Source: Hypanus sabinus (taxonomy: Eukaryota). From it: a stretch of DNA of 64,000 nucleotides. The notes beneath the pieces are model-generated. The model ran no database searches, was not told where the DNA came from, and saw only the letters and a program-made list of their open reading frames with translations. The translations under genes and the position numbers were made by a program. The stretch's first letter is position 1, and every line of letters begins with the position of its first letter. The DNA is taken from NCBI RefSeq assembly GCF_030144855.1, contig NC_082710.1:151404001-151468000 (forward strand), written 5' to 3'. This document shows positions 1 to 11,915 of this stretch, in pieces.

Positions 1-190
1 GTGCTCCCAATGAGTCCTCATTTGCACCAGTGAAACTTCAAGCACCTGTGCTCTATCTGCAAAATGCATGATTGCCTGGTAGGTAGCTAGTTTCATTTCT
101 ATACCCATTCCCATATGTCAATCCATACCTTCCATGATCTGCCATGATGAGACTACTCTCAGGTTGTAGGAGTAACACCTCATTTTCTCT
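1..190 (+). mobile_element. Decayed Penelope-like element 3' (GIY-YIG end) fragment
   Basis: Resembles the better-preserved in-window Penelope end at 17120-17400 (gccatgatgagactactctcaggttgtaggagtaacacctcat vs gagatgaagccacactctggctggaggaacagcaccttat). Confidence 0.5.
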
Positions 191-484
191 ATCTATGCTT
201 GCAGTTTAAGGTGCTGCTGTTGTGTAATGTAATCGATGAAACGTGCATAATTCAGAACCACCAACATTGAGTTGGCATTCAATCTAAAAGGATGGTTTGA
301 CATGATAACCCAATTACATGAAGTTTTTTTTACTCCGCAGTCTGTTCTGTGTTTGGAGGACAATAATGAGTTGTTACAGCTTTCCTTCAAATTTAAACCG
401 CTCTGCTGTTTTATTTCTGAGAACTGGTGACCACGAGTTATTCCAGAGTTATTGAACACACATCAGCTAATCATTTCTTCAAAA

Positions 485-1260
485 CTGCTGGAGATTTGGG
501 AGTAAAGTGTTGCTGCTTGGTTTGTGCAAGCTGAAGCCCTATCTCTGTGTGTGTCACCAGATAATGCTACATAGTAGATTCACTCAGGAGTTCCATGGCT
601 GTGAGAGTAGTGAGTTTACTTGAATACCAGCCTGAAATCTCGCCTTTTACAATCTTTGGGCTCATTGGACTCAAGCTTGCCAGATGCCTGGGGGATGCTC
701 AGCCTTCAGAACTAATGAACCATAAGCAGTCTCTTCTGGGAAATCACCATCCTTGCTTAATTTTTAAAGAACCGTTTATGCAGCAAATGTTTGATCAAGT
801 TCACATAGCCCCCGTTAATGCATGCACAGAGGACTATAGGGAGATGGCTAAAATGCCTGATGGTCGAAACTCATCCAGGCAGAGGTGCATGATTCCTCCT
901 CTTTTCCCTGCCTCAATAAGCCCAGTCAGCAGGACCACCAACACATGCACACCCCTGGCTGTGAAAACTCTGAGTCTGTGCTTTTGGCATGCTTGCTCTG
1001 GTATGAACTCTAGGATGTGTCAACTGCCTTGCAGCTTCAACAGTGCCAATGCATTGGGGTATCAGAGGTCTGTGAACACTATGCGTTCTAGCTGCCAGTC
1101 TCATTTACTATTCATTACAGACACCCTTTCAGGGCAATGCTTCAATATGACGCAGGTGCTCAAGTGAGTGTGCTGGCAGCATGAATGATCAATCAGAAGG
1201 CAAAGAGTGAGGAAACCTCACTGGAGACCACCAAAGGCAGCTGGATTCAGACTTTAACTT
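485..1260 (+). mobile_element. Ty3/Gypsy LTR retrotransposon gag-protease relic
   Basis: ORF 595..1167 contains LGDAQPSELMN...HHPCLIFKEPFMQQ and a Cys/His motif CFWHACSGMNSRMCQLPC. A frameshifted aspartic-protease motif follows (gac gca ggt gct caa gtg agt gtg = DAGAQVSV near 1150-1175). No LTR or RT is adjacent. Confidence 0.72.
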
Positions 1261-2575
1261 AAAGCCCTTTGTTTAGACATTTACTCTGTGACATTTGCTT
1301 TGTTCTCCTCAGCGCTGAGGCTGTGCCCTGCTCTGGGCTTCACGTCTGTGAACTTTGCAACAATTTGCCCCTGCTGTGTGATGATCTGAGGCTGAGTCTA
1401 TGAACCTGCTCCAGGCATCACACTTATGGGTTAAATTTAATTCTGAATGATGTTGATTGCTTTATTGTTTGCATGATTTGTGTGTTTCTTTCTCCCTCTG
1501 CACATTGGGTGTTGGTCCTTTTTTAAAATTGTGTTCTGTCTGGTTTTGTGTTCTGTGGCTGCCTGTAAACAGACAAATCTCAAGGTTATCTAATTTATAC
1601 ATTTTCTGATCATAAATATGCTTTCAATTTTGATATCTTATGGTCTTATTTCCACATGGACCACTCTTTTGTCTTTTCAGATTCCTTCTTCTCCAGCCCT
1701 GTACCTTTTCCATCTATCATCTCCCAGCTTCTTACTGTACTTCACTTCCACTCTCCAACCCACCTGTCTTCATCTACAACCTTTCAAGCTTAGACTCCAG
1801 CATTTTCAGTGTGCTGTTCTAGATTTTCAGCATCTGCAGAATCTCATATTTATAACCTACTGTCCTGCGTGCTTTTGCGGACCTGTAGGAAAGCAAGGCA
1901 GCAACATTGTCACATGAAGGAAATGCAAACTCCACAGAGGTAGCATTAGAGGGCAGCATTGAGCTTATGTAACTGGAGCTATAAACTAATAGCTCTACAA
2001 GCTAAAAATGTACTTCTGCTGTAGATTAAATCTCCACCATGAATAAAACATAAAAATTTTACATTTAATAATGGAAACATATTGATGTTATTCGTGGTAA
2101 TTAACCTGATAATAATTCAGTGAATATCTTATTGACATTACTTAAAAATTATATTACTACTAGATCTGAAGGTTGACAGAAATTGTGACTATGCAATAAT
2201 AATTTGCTGCAGATATGAATCTTGTTCAATATGTTCAGAGTAAATTACTATTTCAGTAAAAATTTACTAAATACATAATTAAATATCATATGATAAAAAA
2301 CAACATTATGAAAAATAATCAGTTATACAACACCATTGTCAACCAATGTCAGCTGTGGCAGAATGAATTTCACAACTTACGGTGGGAGTTATTGGTAAAT
2401 CAATTGCCCAAGTTATGTTATGTCTGACCTTCAAAATCCTCATGCACCATAGCTCGGGCATCCAACTCTGCAATTAGTTCATGCCATTTCAGATTTCCAG
2501 CATGTGTATTTTTCTTAATGTTCATTCTCATTGACCTAGAACACCCTCCAAGTTCATTCAACAGAGTAAGTTTAC

Positions 2576-2836
2576 CTGTAGTTGTGTTATGCTCCTGCAG
2601 CCATTCTGTAGCCTGTCCCTTTATGATTCCATGGATACTATGTTCAGTCATTGTATCTTTTGCCCAATAAGACTTGTCAAATGCAGACGCCATCCATCTT
2701 TGTCTTGGGACTGTCATTTCCATAGTTTTGTCATAGTACTGGATCTCACAACCATCCAGGACACCAACGACACTATACTCAGGTAGATCAGCATTCCCAA
2801 GATTCAGAGTGTAGTAATAGATCAGCGAGTGAGACA
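2576..2836 (-). CDS. MHC class I-like gene, exon encoding the alpha-1 domain (phase 1-1, 261 nt)
   Basis: Acceptor ttttgttctctctAG|TG at 2837/2836 and donor ACAG|GTAAAC at 2576/2575. Translation SHSLIYYYTLNLGNADLPEYSVVGVLDGCEIQYYDKTMEMTVPRQRWMASAFDKSYWAKDTMTEHSIHGIIKGQATEWLQEHNTTT has class I alpha-1 hallmarks: SHSL.YY.T, PE...VG..DG....YD, PRQRW, YW and a terminal N-glycosylation sequon. Confidence 0.93.
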
Positions 2837-3162
2837 CTAGAGAGAACAAAATAATAGAAATATGTTAGTGAGCGGTGACTCGAAATAGCTTAAAATAATA
2901 TATTCAGAGAATAAGACATCCCAAACTCAGCTGGGTTGGTTAATTGGCAATGGTAACCTTCCCATAGTGTGGAACTGAGTGGTGAAATTTGGGTGTAGTA
3001 GTTGGGAATAACCAGAGAAAATGAGTCATTGCAGGATATGTGCAAATGGTCAGCACAGGTTTCCATACCAATCTATTCTGATTAAGTTACATCACATTAT
3101 GCTTATGTAAAGTGAGACCTACCATTTTATTATACAATATTGATTCAATCAATTACAGTATT

Positions 3163-3432
3163 TTATTTTATTTAGCAATGCAGCATGGAGTAGGCCCTTC
3201 CAGCCATGCTGTCCCAGCAACACCAGACAAATATGATTAACCCTAAAGTAATCTCAGGATGATTTACAGTAACAAATTAACCTACCCAGTATATCATTAG
3301 GCTGTGGAGAGAAACCAGAACACCCAGGAAAACCCATACATTCCACAGGAAGGACATATAGACTTCTTATAACTGGTACTAGAATGGAACTCCAAATCAC
3401 CAGGTTGTAATAGCATTGAGCTAACGGCTACA
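3163..3432 (-). mobile_element. tRNA-derived V-SINE (HE1-like)
   Basis: The reverse complement has a tRNA-like head (tgtagccgttagctcaatgctattaca), a V-domain-like gggttttcctgggtgttctggtttctctccaca, and a CR1-like tail (gaagggcctactccatgctgcattgctaaataaaataaaa). Confidence 0.72.
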
Positions 3433-3499
3433 TTATTGAGGAGAGTGTTATCTGCCACTAACACTCTCCTCCACCTAGCAGAACATGTTTAATCTAGAC

Positions 3500-4218
3500 C
3501 AGAGGTCGGCCACCCGCGGCTCTTTCATCTCTGTGATGCGGCTCCCCGTGGTTTGTTAGTTTTTGAAATGTAATTCGAAATTTGAAGATTATGGTGATCT
3601 TGTACAATCTAAAAACTTTGTGGAGACCCCATTTCCTGGCACATCCGAACCGGCTCACAATTAGGCACTGTTCCGGCTAAGGGAGATAGCCTTCGGGGGT
3701 TTGTGAGTACGTGTCTTTTGGAGCATCCGTGCCCACAGGGACAGGTTGAGGGAGGCTTTAAAGCAAGGCTGTTTAGTTCGAATAAAGCTACCTTTGACTG
3801 CAGTGTCTTTATTTTAGCGCTGCGTGTAGCACACCGCTACAACGTGTTTTTTTATCGCTATTAATATACATCACCACTGCCAATGCCTGACACCCGCCAG
3901 TGCGTGCTTTCTTTTAATTCTTCGATCCAAGGTAGGCTAACTATGGAGTAACCTTCAACCCAACGTCTTTTTTTCGGAGTTCAAAATGTTTTTGTTGCAT
4001 GCAGCAATGTAATTTCGTTTTCTCTGCAGGAGTTCATCAATTTCATAAATGCAACACATTATAGTTTGTTTATACATAGCATAAAGGCAAAAAAAGCCAT
4101 TGTGTGCAGTGTTACTTCATTTTAAATGTCAAACAGGTTTTGTGGCTCCCAGTGTTTTCTTTTCTGTGGGAAATGGGTCCATATTGGCTCTTTCAGTGGT
4201 AAACGTTGCCGACCCCTG
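3500..4218. mobile_element. Non-autonomous hAT (Charlie/Buster-type) element, 719 bp
   Basis: TIRs CAGAGGTCGGCCAC / reverse complement CAGGGGTCGGCAAC. Perfect 8-bp TSD ATCTAGAC at 3492-3499 and 4219-4226. Confidence 0.9.
3619..3841 (+). mobile_element. Solo LTR-like insert inside the hAT element
   Basis: TGTGG...CTACA termini, AATAAA at 3781-3786, flanked by ACTT/ACGT (imperfect 4-bp TSD). Confidence 0.55.
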
Positions 4219-4439
4219 ATCTAGACAAACTTTTTTTTTATTCTTCTCATTTTATACAAACAATACCTGAAGCCATGGGCACCCACATGAGCTCCAGCCG
4301 TGCATCCTTTTTTGATAGCAACTTGGTATAGTACTTATTGCTGGCTCCACTCCCCCTTTCTTTCTCTAGTACACCAGTAACTGCATTGGTACTATCTCTG
4401 CGTGGAGCTCACCTGTTTTGTCAATTTTTCTACTAACCC

Positions 4440-6300
4440 ACTCAGTACTCAAATTCATATAGAACATTTCTGATACATTTCCCCTCCATCCAGATCATCT
4501 CAGAAGATGAACATAAAGGGAACATTTACTATAAACACATCAAATCCATCAACTACCTAGACTACACCTTCACCCACCCAGTCTCATGTAGTGATACCAT
4601 GGCTTTCTTGGTACCTCTATGTCTAATACATCTGTTCCAAGAGATGGTTTTCCATTCCAGAACTTTGGCTTCCAACTGTCTGAAATTGATGACTCCTCAG
4701 TGACATCTCCTCCATTTTCCCACACTTCTAGTGCTGCACTGCCTCCTCCCAGAGAGGCAGAATTCCTTTAACCTCATCTTTCATCATATCAGCCCCCGCA
4801 TCTAGAATATCATTCTTCATCATATCCATCCATTGCTACATTACCAGACCACCCGTCATACTTTCCCATTCTCACATCACTCTGCTTTTCACAGGGATCA
4901 CTTTCTGCATGGCCACCTGCATCATTCACCCATCCCCACCAATTCCTCCATATTCCAGCACTATTTTCCCCTACTGCAGTAAGAAATACAACTCTTGTCC
5001 CTACAACATCACGATCATCCACTGACCTGAACTGGCCTTCCTAATGAGGCAGAGATGTCTTCATTTCATGGTCCAGTACATAAACTCCACGTTCCGGTTC
5101 ACGGTCCAGTCTGTGGACTCTGGACTCCAGGTCTTCTGGCTGTCCGTTGTTTCATTTGGGCTTAATCACAGGTACCTGATTCTCATATTGGGCCTGGAAT
5201 ATATTGGCCCTGGGTTCAAGTGTGGTGGCTGGTTTGTCTTGTTAGAGTCCTTGCCTCTGTGGGGTAAGTCAGGCCGTCCTTGCTGTTGCCCTATGATGGG
5301 ATCTGTCCCTTCCTGTTCTTGCCTCCATTGGGTAAGCCAGGCCATATTTGCTGTTACCCTGAGGCTGGACTGCTCCCTTCTTTCCCTCTGAAGCCTGGCT
5401 TGAAGCCCTGCTGGCTACACATCCCTGTGTCCTCGCCTGTATTGCCATCGAGTTCAGCCGCTGGAGTGAGACCAGACCCTTGCCACGCAACAGAAGGAAC
5501 TATCTATTGTTGAGCTTGGAACTGTCTCTTTATGTCCGTGTTTATTGTCCATGTACGAGTCCCAGCCCTATGTCCTGTTCCCATGGAGGGGTCCCAGCTC
5601 TGCGTTCTGTGTTCCTGTGCTTAAGTCCAAGGCTCCGAGGAGGTTCCAGTCCATGTCCAAGTCGCAGCCTAGACCCTGTCCTGGTCTTGTCCAGGGCTAG
5701 TGTCGGTGTCCAGTTATGCATGTCTCCGCCCCTGCTTTGCTCTCCCTCGACCTAGGCTCTGCGTTCCTCCTCTCCCTTGATCAAGACCTAGTCTGAACTT
5801 CATGTCCTTGTCTAGCCCTGGAGTCCCGCATCATGCCCCACATCCAGTCCTGTTGCCTTGCCACGTTCAGTCCTCGCCTGGATCCGGAGTCTGAGCCCGA
5901 GTCAAGACTCTGGTCCCAGGTCCCTGTCCAGTCACTGGCTCAGAGTCCTTTTCCAAGCTCCTAGTTCCTCATCTGGGTCCCACTTCCCTGCTCTAGTCCT
6001 AGCCCATGCTCTGTATCCTAGTCTTGTCCAGCATTGTTCCTCCGCCACTTCGCTTGCTTTCTTGATATGCCTAGTCCTCTCCCTAGTACTTCACCATCTG
6101 TGTCTTGCATTTGGGTCCGTCCCCAACGCCCACCTTATGACACTTCCAATGTGGCCTGCTCAATGTGACCTGTGCTCTGTCCATAGTGGACACTTCAAGC
6201 TCCCATTCACAAGCCATTTCATTTCTCCTTGTATTCCCACTGGGATGCATTTGTCGTTGGCCTTCTGCACTGCCAGCATGGTGCTACGTTGAAGCTGCAG
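4440..6300 (+). mobile_element. Decayed Penelope-like element interrupted by a solo LTR
   Basis: 4440-5063 and 6143-6300 are collinear with the Penelope RT/GIY-YIG copy at 16440-17400, e.g. aactacctagactacaccttcacccacccagtctcatgta vs agctaccttgactattcctcttcccaccctgtcacttgta. Confidence 0.62.
5064..6142. mobile_element. Solo LTR-like insert, ~1.08 kb
   Basis: Termini T(T)TCAT...ATGACA (TGTCAT inverted repeat with one change), flanked by CTTCA/CTTCC. It splits a Penelope fragment and is rich in short ccaagtc/cctag-type repeats. Confidence 0.62.
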
Positions 6301-6317
6301 GATTGGAAGCTCTTAAA

Positions 6318-9300
6318 ATACCATAAGACATAGGAGGAGAGTAAGACCATTTGTACCATTGGGTCTGTTCCACCATTTCATTCTAGCTGATCCATTTCCC
6401 TCCCAGACCCAATCTCCTGTCTTTTCGCGATACCCACCTATGCCCTGACTAAACAAAAGCCTATCAACTTCATAAGTATCTCCAATAACTTGGCCTGCAC
6501 AATCGCCTATGGCAATGAATTCCAGAGATTCATCAGTCTCAGAAGAATTTAATTGATCTTCCTTTGCAACTGCTCCAATATCAGTGCATCCTTTCATAGA
6601 TATAAGGTCCAAAACTGCTCACAATACTCCACCTGAGGCCTCACCAGTGTGTTATAAAGCTTCAATATTACCTTCTTACTTTTATCTTCTCAAAATAAAT
6701 GCTAACATCACATTTGCCATCCTGACTACCGACTCAACCTGCAAATTAAGCTTTGTTGAACCCTAATTGAAGACCCAAAAATCCCTTTGCACCTCAGATT
6801 TCTTTTAATTTTTGCTCTGTTTAGTAAATAGTCAATGCTTTTATTTCTTCCCCCAAAGTTCATGACTATGCACTTCCCCGCACTGGATTGTATTTGCCAT
6901 CTCTTTGCCCATTTTCTTAATCTTTAAGTCTGTCTGTAGCCTCCATTCTTCCTCAAAACAACCTGCCCCTCCACCAATGTTCATATCATCAGCAAATCTA
7001 GTCTCAAAGCCATCAATTCTGTCATCCAAACCATTGACGTATCACATAGAAAAACAGTCTCAAAACAGACTAGACACTGGTAGCCAACCTAAAATGGTTT
7101 TCATTATCCCCACTCTTTGCCTGTTGCCAAGCAGGCAATGCTCTGTCTATGCTGATATCTTTCATACAATACCATGGATTTGTTAAAAGCCTCATGTGTG
7201 GCACCTTGTCAAAGGCATGCTGAACAATCCAAGCACCCTGAAGGGAACCATATTGACTGTGGCTCACAAAGTACCCCAAAACCACATCCTTAACAATCAA
7301 CTTCAACATATTCCCATCCACTGACGTCTGACTAACTGACCTATAATTTTATTTCTTCTATCCCTCTCCCTTCTTGAAGAGTGAAGTGACATTTGTAATT
7401 TTCCAGTCATCCAAATGCAAGCCAGAATCTGCAAATTCTTAAAGGATCATTACTGATATCTCCACAATCTCTGCAGCCACTTCTTACACTACACTAGTGT
7501 GTAGTCCATATGGTACAAGTAATTTATCTACCTTCAGACTTTTCAATTACCAACTTCACACACTTCTGCTCCCTGACACTTTCAACCTTCCACCATAGAT
7601 CTAGTATATTCCACAGAAAAGACTTATGCAAAATACTTGTTCAGTTCATCAACCATTTCTGTGCACCCTCCCCCATTACTACCTCCCCAGCACCATTTCA
7701 AGCAGTCTGATATCTACTCTTTCATCTCTTTTATACTTAGTACATCTGAAGCAGCTTTTGGTATCCCCTAGCATTATTGGTTAGCTTGTTCTCCATTGTT
7801 CCTTCTTAATAACATTTTAATTGTCTTCTGTTGGTTTTAAAAGCTGCCCAGTCCTCTAACTTTCCATTATTTTTTGTTCTATAATATGCAATATCTTTGA
7901 CTTTTTTCATATTTGATTTAATTTATCTTGCCAGCCACTGTTGCATCATCCTGCCTTAGGTATATCTCCTGCACCTTCTGAAGTGCTCCTGGAAATTCCA
8001 GCCATTGCTTCTCTGCCATCATACCTGCTTCCTTACAATCAATTTTGGCAAGCTCTTTTCATCTTTCTGTAATTCACTTTACTCCACTGTAATACTGATA
8101 CATCTGTCTTTAGCTCTCCTTCTCTAGTTGCAGAATGAATTCTATCATACTATTATCACTGGCCCTAAAGTTTTGCTTTACCTTAAGCTCTCTAAACAAT
8201 TCTGGTTCATTGCACAACCCCAATCCAGAATAGCAGATCCTTGAGTGAGCTCAACCATGAGCTGCTCTAAAAAACACTGCATAGGAATTGTACAAATTCC
8301 CCACTTGAGATCCAGCACCAACCCATTTTTACCCGCAATTTCTCTGCATAAGGAGATACCCCATAATTATCGCAACATTGCCCTTTTAACATGCATTTTG
8401 AATCTCTCATTGTAATTCGTAGGTCACATATTTGCTGCTGTTTGGAGGTCTGTATATATCTCCCATCAGGGTCATTTTAACCTTGCAGTTTCTTTGCTCT
8501 GCCTACAATGATTCTACACCTTCTGATCCTATGTCACCTCATTCTAATGATTTTATTTATTTATTTGTTTATTTTTATTTTTTTAAATGAACAGAACTAC
8601 CCAAACCCCCTCTATCTACTTGTCTGTCGTTTTGATATGCTGTGCATGCTTGGATGTTACGCTCCCAGCTATAATCTTTCAGGCATGACTCAGCGATGCC
8701 CAGACTTCATAACGTCAACCTCTAACTGTGTTACAATTTCATCTGCTTTATTCCATAAAACTGTGTGCATTCAAATACAACACCTTTAGTTCTGTATTCA
8801 CACTTTTCGGATTTTCTCTGTCAATTACAATGGAATTCATCCCATTCACTGAAAACTTTGCCCTAACATCAGCCTCCCTTTGCTTGCAGATTCACTACAC
8901 ACAACCTCTAATTGCAAACCAGATACCCCATCCTCAGCACAATCACTCAGGTTCCCATCCTCCTATCAAATTAGCTCAAACTCTCCTGAAGAGGTCCAGC
9001 AAACCTGCCCACAAGAATATTGATTCCTCCTTAGGATTCAGGTATAATTCATCCCTTGTGTACAGTTGGTACCTTCCCCAGAGGAGATCCCAATGATCCA
9101 TAAATCTGACACCCCTGCCCCCTGCACTAGATCCTAAGCCACACATTCAGCAGCTGAACCATCCTATTCTTGCACTCACTAATGCGTGGCCCAGTCAGCA
9201 GTCCAGAGATTACTATCCAGGAGGTCCTGTTTTACAATGTTTTACCTAAAATAATTTTCCTAAAGTTCTTTTCAGGACCTCCATACATTTCCTATCCTTG

Positions 9301-9960
9301 CAATTAGTGCAAATATGTACCAAGACTTCTGGCTGCTCACCAACCCCCCCCCCCCCCACCCCCACTCCTTCAGAATGCCATGGACCCGAGCTGAGACATC
9401 TCTGCCCCTGACAGCTGGGAGGTAACATGCCATCCAGGTGTCTCTGTCGCTCCCACAGAATCTCATCTCTGTTTCTCTGACTATAGAATCTCCTATCACC
9501 ACTGCAGTCCTCTTCACATCTGTTCTCTTCTGAACCACAGTGCCAGTGGTAAGTGCTGTAGATGCAATTGCTGCACTTACCCCCAGTAGGTCATCCTTTT
9601 AAAAGTATCCAAAGTGGTATACTTAATATTGAGGGAAACAACACAGAGATGCTCCACACTGGCAGCCCATTCACATTCGTTCTCATGACAGTCACCCAAT
9701 TACATGCCTCCTTCAATCCAGGGGTGACTGCCTCTCATTAGTTCCCATCTATCACTTCATCAGTCTCCTGTATGAGCCAAAGTTCACCGATCTGCACCTC
9801 AGGTTTGCTTAACACATTCTCTGAAGAGATGCAGCTCGGTGCACCGAATGCAGATGTGATTATCTGAGAGGGTAGAGGTTTTCCAGAATTTGCACACCTC
9901 ATCCAGAAAACAAAACATTTCCCTTGAGTCATTCTCACTGCACTATCTGTTGCCTAGGAG
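6318..9960 (-). mobile_element. Near full-length decayed CR1 LINE
   Basis: 3' tail ccataagacatagg. RT relics in ORFs 6841..7029 and 7070..7321 (AFDKVPHMRLL). ORF1 SGNH esterase relic AVVIGDSIVR at 9272..9538 and an N-terminal Cys/coiled-coil relic at 9738..9938. Confidence 0.85.
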
Positions 9961-11915
9961 TAATGGAATGAAAAAATAAAGTGGCTCAAGACTGATCTTG
10001 CCTAAGCCTGCTAAGCACTCCACTGCTGGCTCACTCACTCAATGCACCATATTTACCTGTCTTATTTTTATTCATTATTTCTAATTAATCCACTTCATTG
10101 ATTGGGTGCAGTCCAACTCTCTCCTATGTAGTCTACAACCCAATGTTACAAAACAGGGAATATACCAGATCCCAGCAAACTGCATCCTGTGATCTGTTTT
10201 CCCCTCTTCTGCTTGACCTAGGTCTTCTCAACACTATTCCTTCCAAATTACCTCACTAGCTGTCTGCCACCCAGATCCTTTCTCCTTTCTGAACTGCTCC
10301 CATCTGCCCAACATCCTTCCTTTATCTTGTGCCACTCATGAGCTTCTTTTATCAGAATTCATAATTTGCAGCCTGCTGTTGTTTGCACATCACCTGCCAG
10401 TCTGAAACTACCTCAACCTTTCCTATCCCACCTATCTGTACTGGCCCCTTCCCTGGATCTGCCTATCACTTTACAGATCCTGTCTCACCCTCCCCTTTTC
10501 TTATTCTTAATGGCTGTCTCTTGTCAAAACCCTCAGTTCCACTGCAAAATATAGATCATAAGATGGGAATTGATCAAGACTAGAGCAGAGTGCACATTGG
10601 TGTCTGACACTGTCTGCCTGTATTTGACCAGTCTTTCTCTCCCTTTGGCTAGCTGCTGTCAGAGGAAGGCACCAGAACCTTGGGCTCCATGATGCAAGGA
10701 TTGATCAGCAAGACTTGTGGCCATGGACTCATCTTGGGGGATTTTGAGGTTCATGTTGCGTGCATTTCTGGATCCTGATTACACTCTTGATATATTTCAG
10801 TAGTTTGATTGGGGCAGTCAGAGCAGACAAGGGTACCTCAGTGAATTCTGGCTCTACAGCCTACAGTCAGCTAGCAACAGAGAACTGGACTTAATCGAAT
10901 AAATTGAATACTCATAGTTTGATGTTGAGATTCTAGGAGTTGCTCGATCCCTTTTTGCTATTTGTATAAATAGTTCTTTTATTCATTCATTGGATGTATC
11001 ATGTTTTCTTTGAAAAAATTCCATGGTGTTTCTTTGTTTTGCAGCTGCTGCGGGAGGATGAATCTCAGAGGTGTATTCAGTATACATACCTAGATAATGA
11101 GTATACATTGATTCTTTGAAATTGACAAAAGCATCCTCCCTTGAGAGATGCTGTCTGATGCACTATCTTTCTATAGTAACAAACAAGAGAAAAATCTGCA
11201 GAAGTTGGAAAAGCTTACATTTTTTTCACGAATCATCTTCCCAGCTCTTTCCATTGTTTCAGCTTGCTCCTGCCCCACCAAATACATTTCTGCATACCTC
11301 GACACTGATTTATACCCCCTTGTTCAATCCTTTCCCACCCATGTTCATGACACTTCCCATGCTCTAGATTTTTTCAATTATTTCAAGTTCCTTGGTCCCC
11401 ATCATATTTTCTCCATGGACGTTCAGTCCTAATATACATTCATCCCCCACCAGGAAGGTCTCAAAACTCTGCATTTATTTTTTGGATTTCAGACTCGACC
11501 AGTTCCCCTTAATAATTTCTCCTTCGGCTCCTCCCACTTTCTTCAAACTAAAGGTGTAGCCATGTGCACCCATATGGGTCCCAGCTATGCCTCCCTTTTT
11601 GTTGGCAATATGGAACTTCCCATGTTCCATATCCATCCCCTACTTTTCCTTCATTAAATTGATTACCACATTTGGCACTGCTCCCTGCACGCATGCTGAG
11701 CTCATTGACTTCTGCAACTTTGCCTCCAGCTTCCACCCTGCCCTCAAATTTACCTGGTCCATTTAGACAATAGACAATAGGCAATAGGTGCAGAAGTAGA
11801 CCATTCGGCCCCTCGAGTCTGCACCGCCATTCTGAGATCATGGCTGATCATTCACTATCAATACCCAGTCCCTGCCTTGTCCCCATATCCCTTGATTCCC
11901 CTATCCATCAGATAT

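Noticed and set aside
193-459. Possible alpha-2 exon
   Set aside because: No alpha-2 hallmarks (Q..YGC, YDG.D, W, C164 context) in any minus frame I translated, and no matching phase-1 splice sites.
595-1167. 190-aa novel protein
   Set aside because: Recognisable decayed Gypsy gag/protease with a frameshift.
2418-2849. 143-aa ORF as a complete protein, or a secreted alpha-1-only isoform
   Set aside because: Only 2576-2836 is MHC-like and bounded by splice sites. The 52 extra codons read through the donor into intron sequence containing a repeat scrap (gctggaaatctgaaat) and have no alpha-2 motifs, so this is plausibly chance.
9344-9364. Long poly-C run as a G-quadruplex regulator
   Set aside because: Homopolymer expansion within a dead CR1 ORF1; its length is unreliable in assemblies and there is no supporting context.
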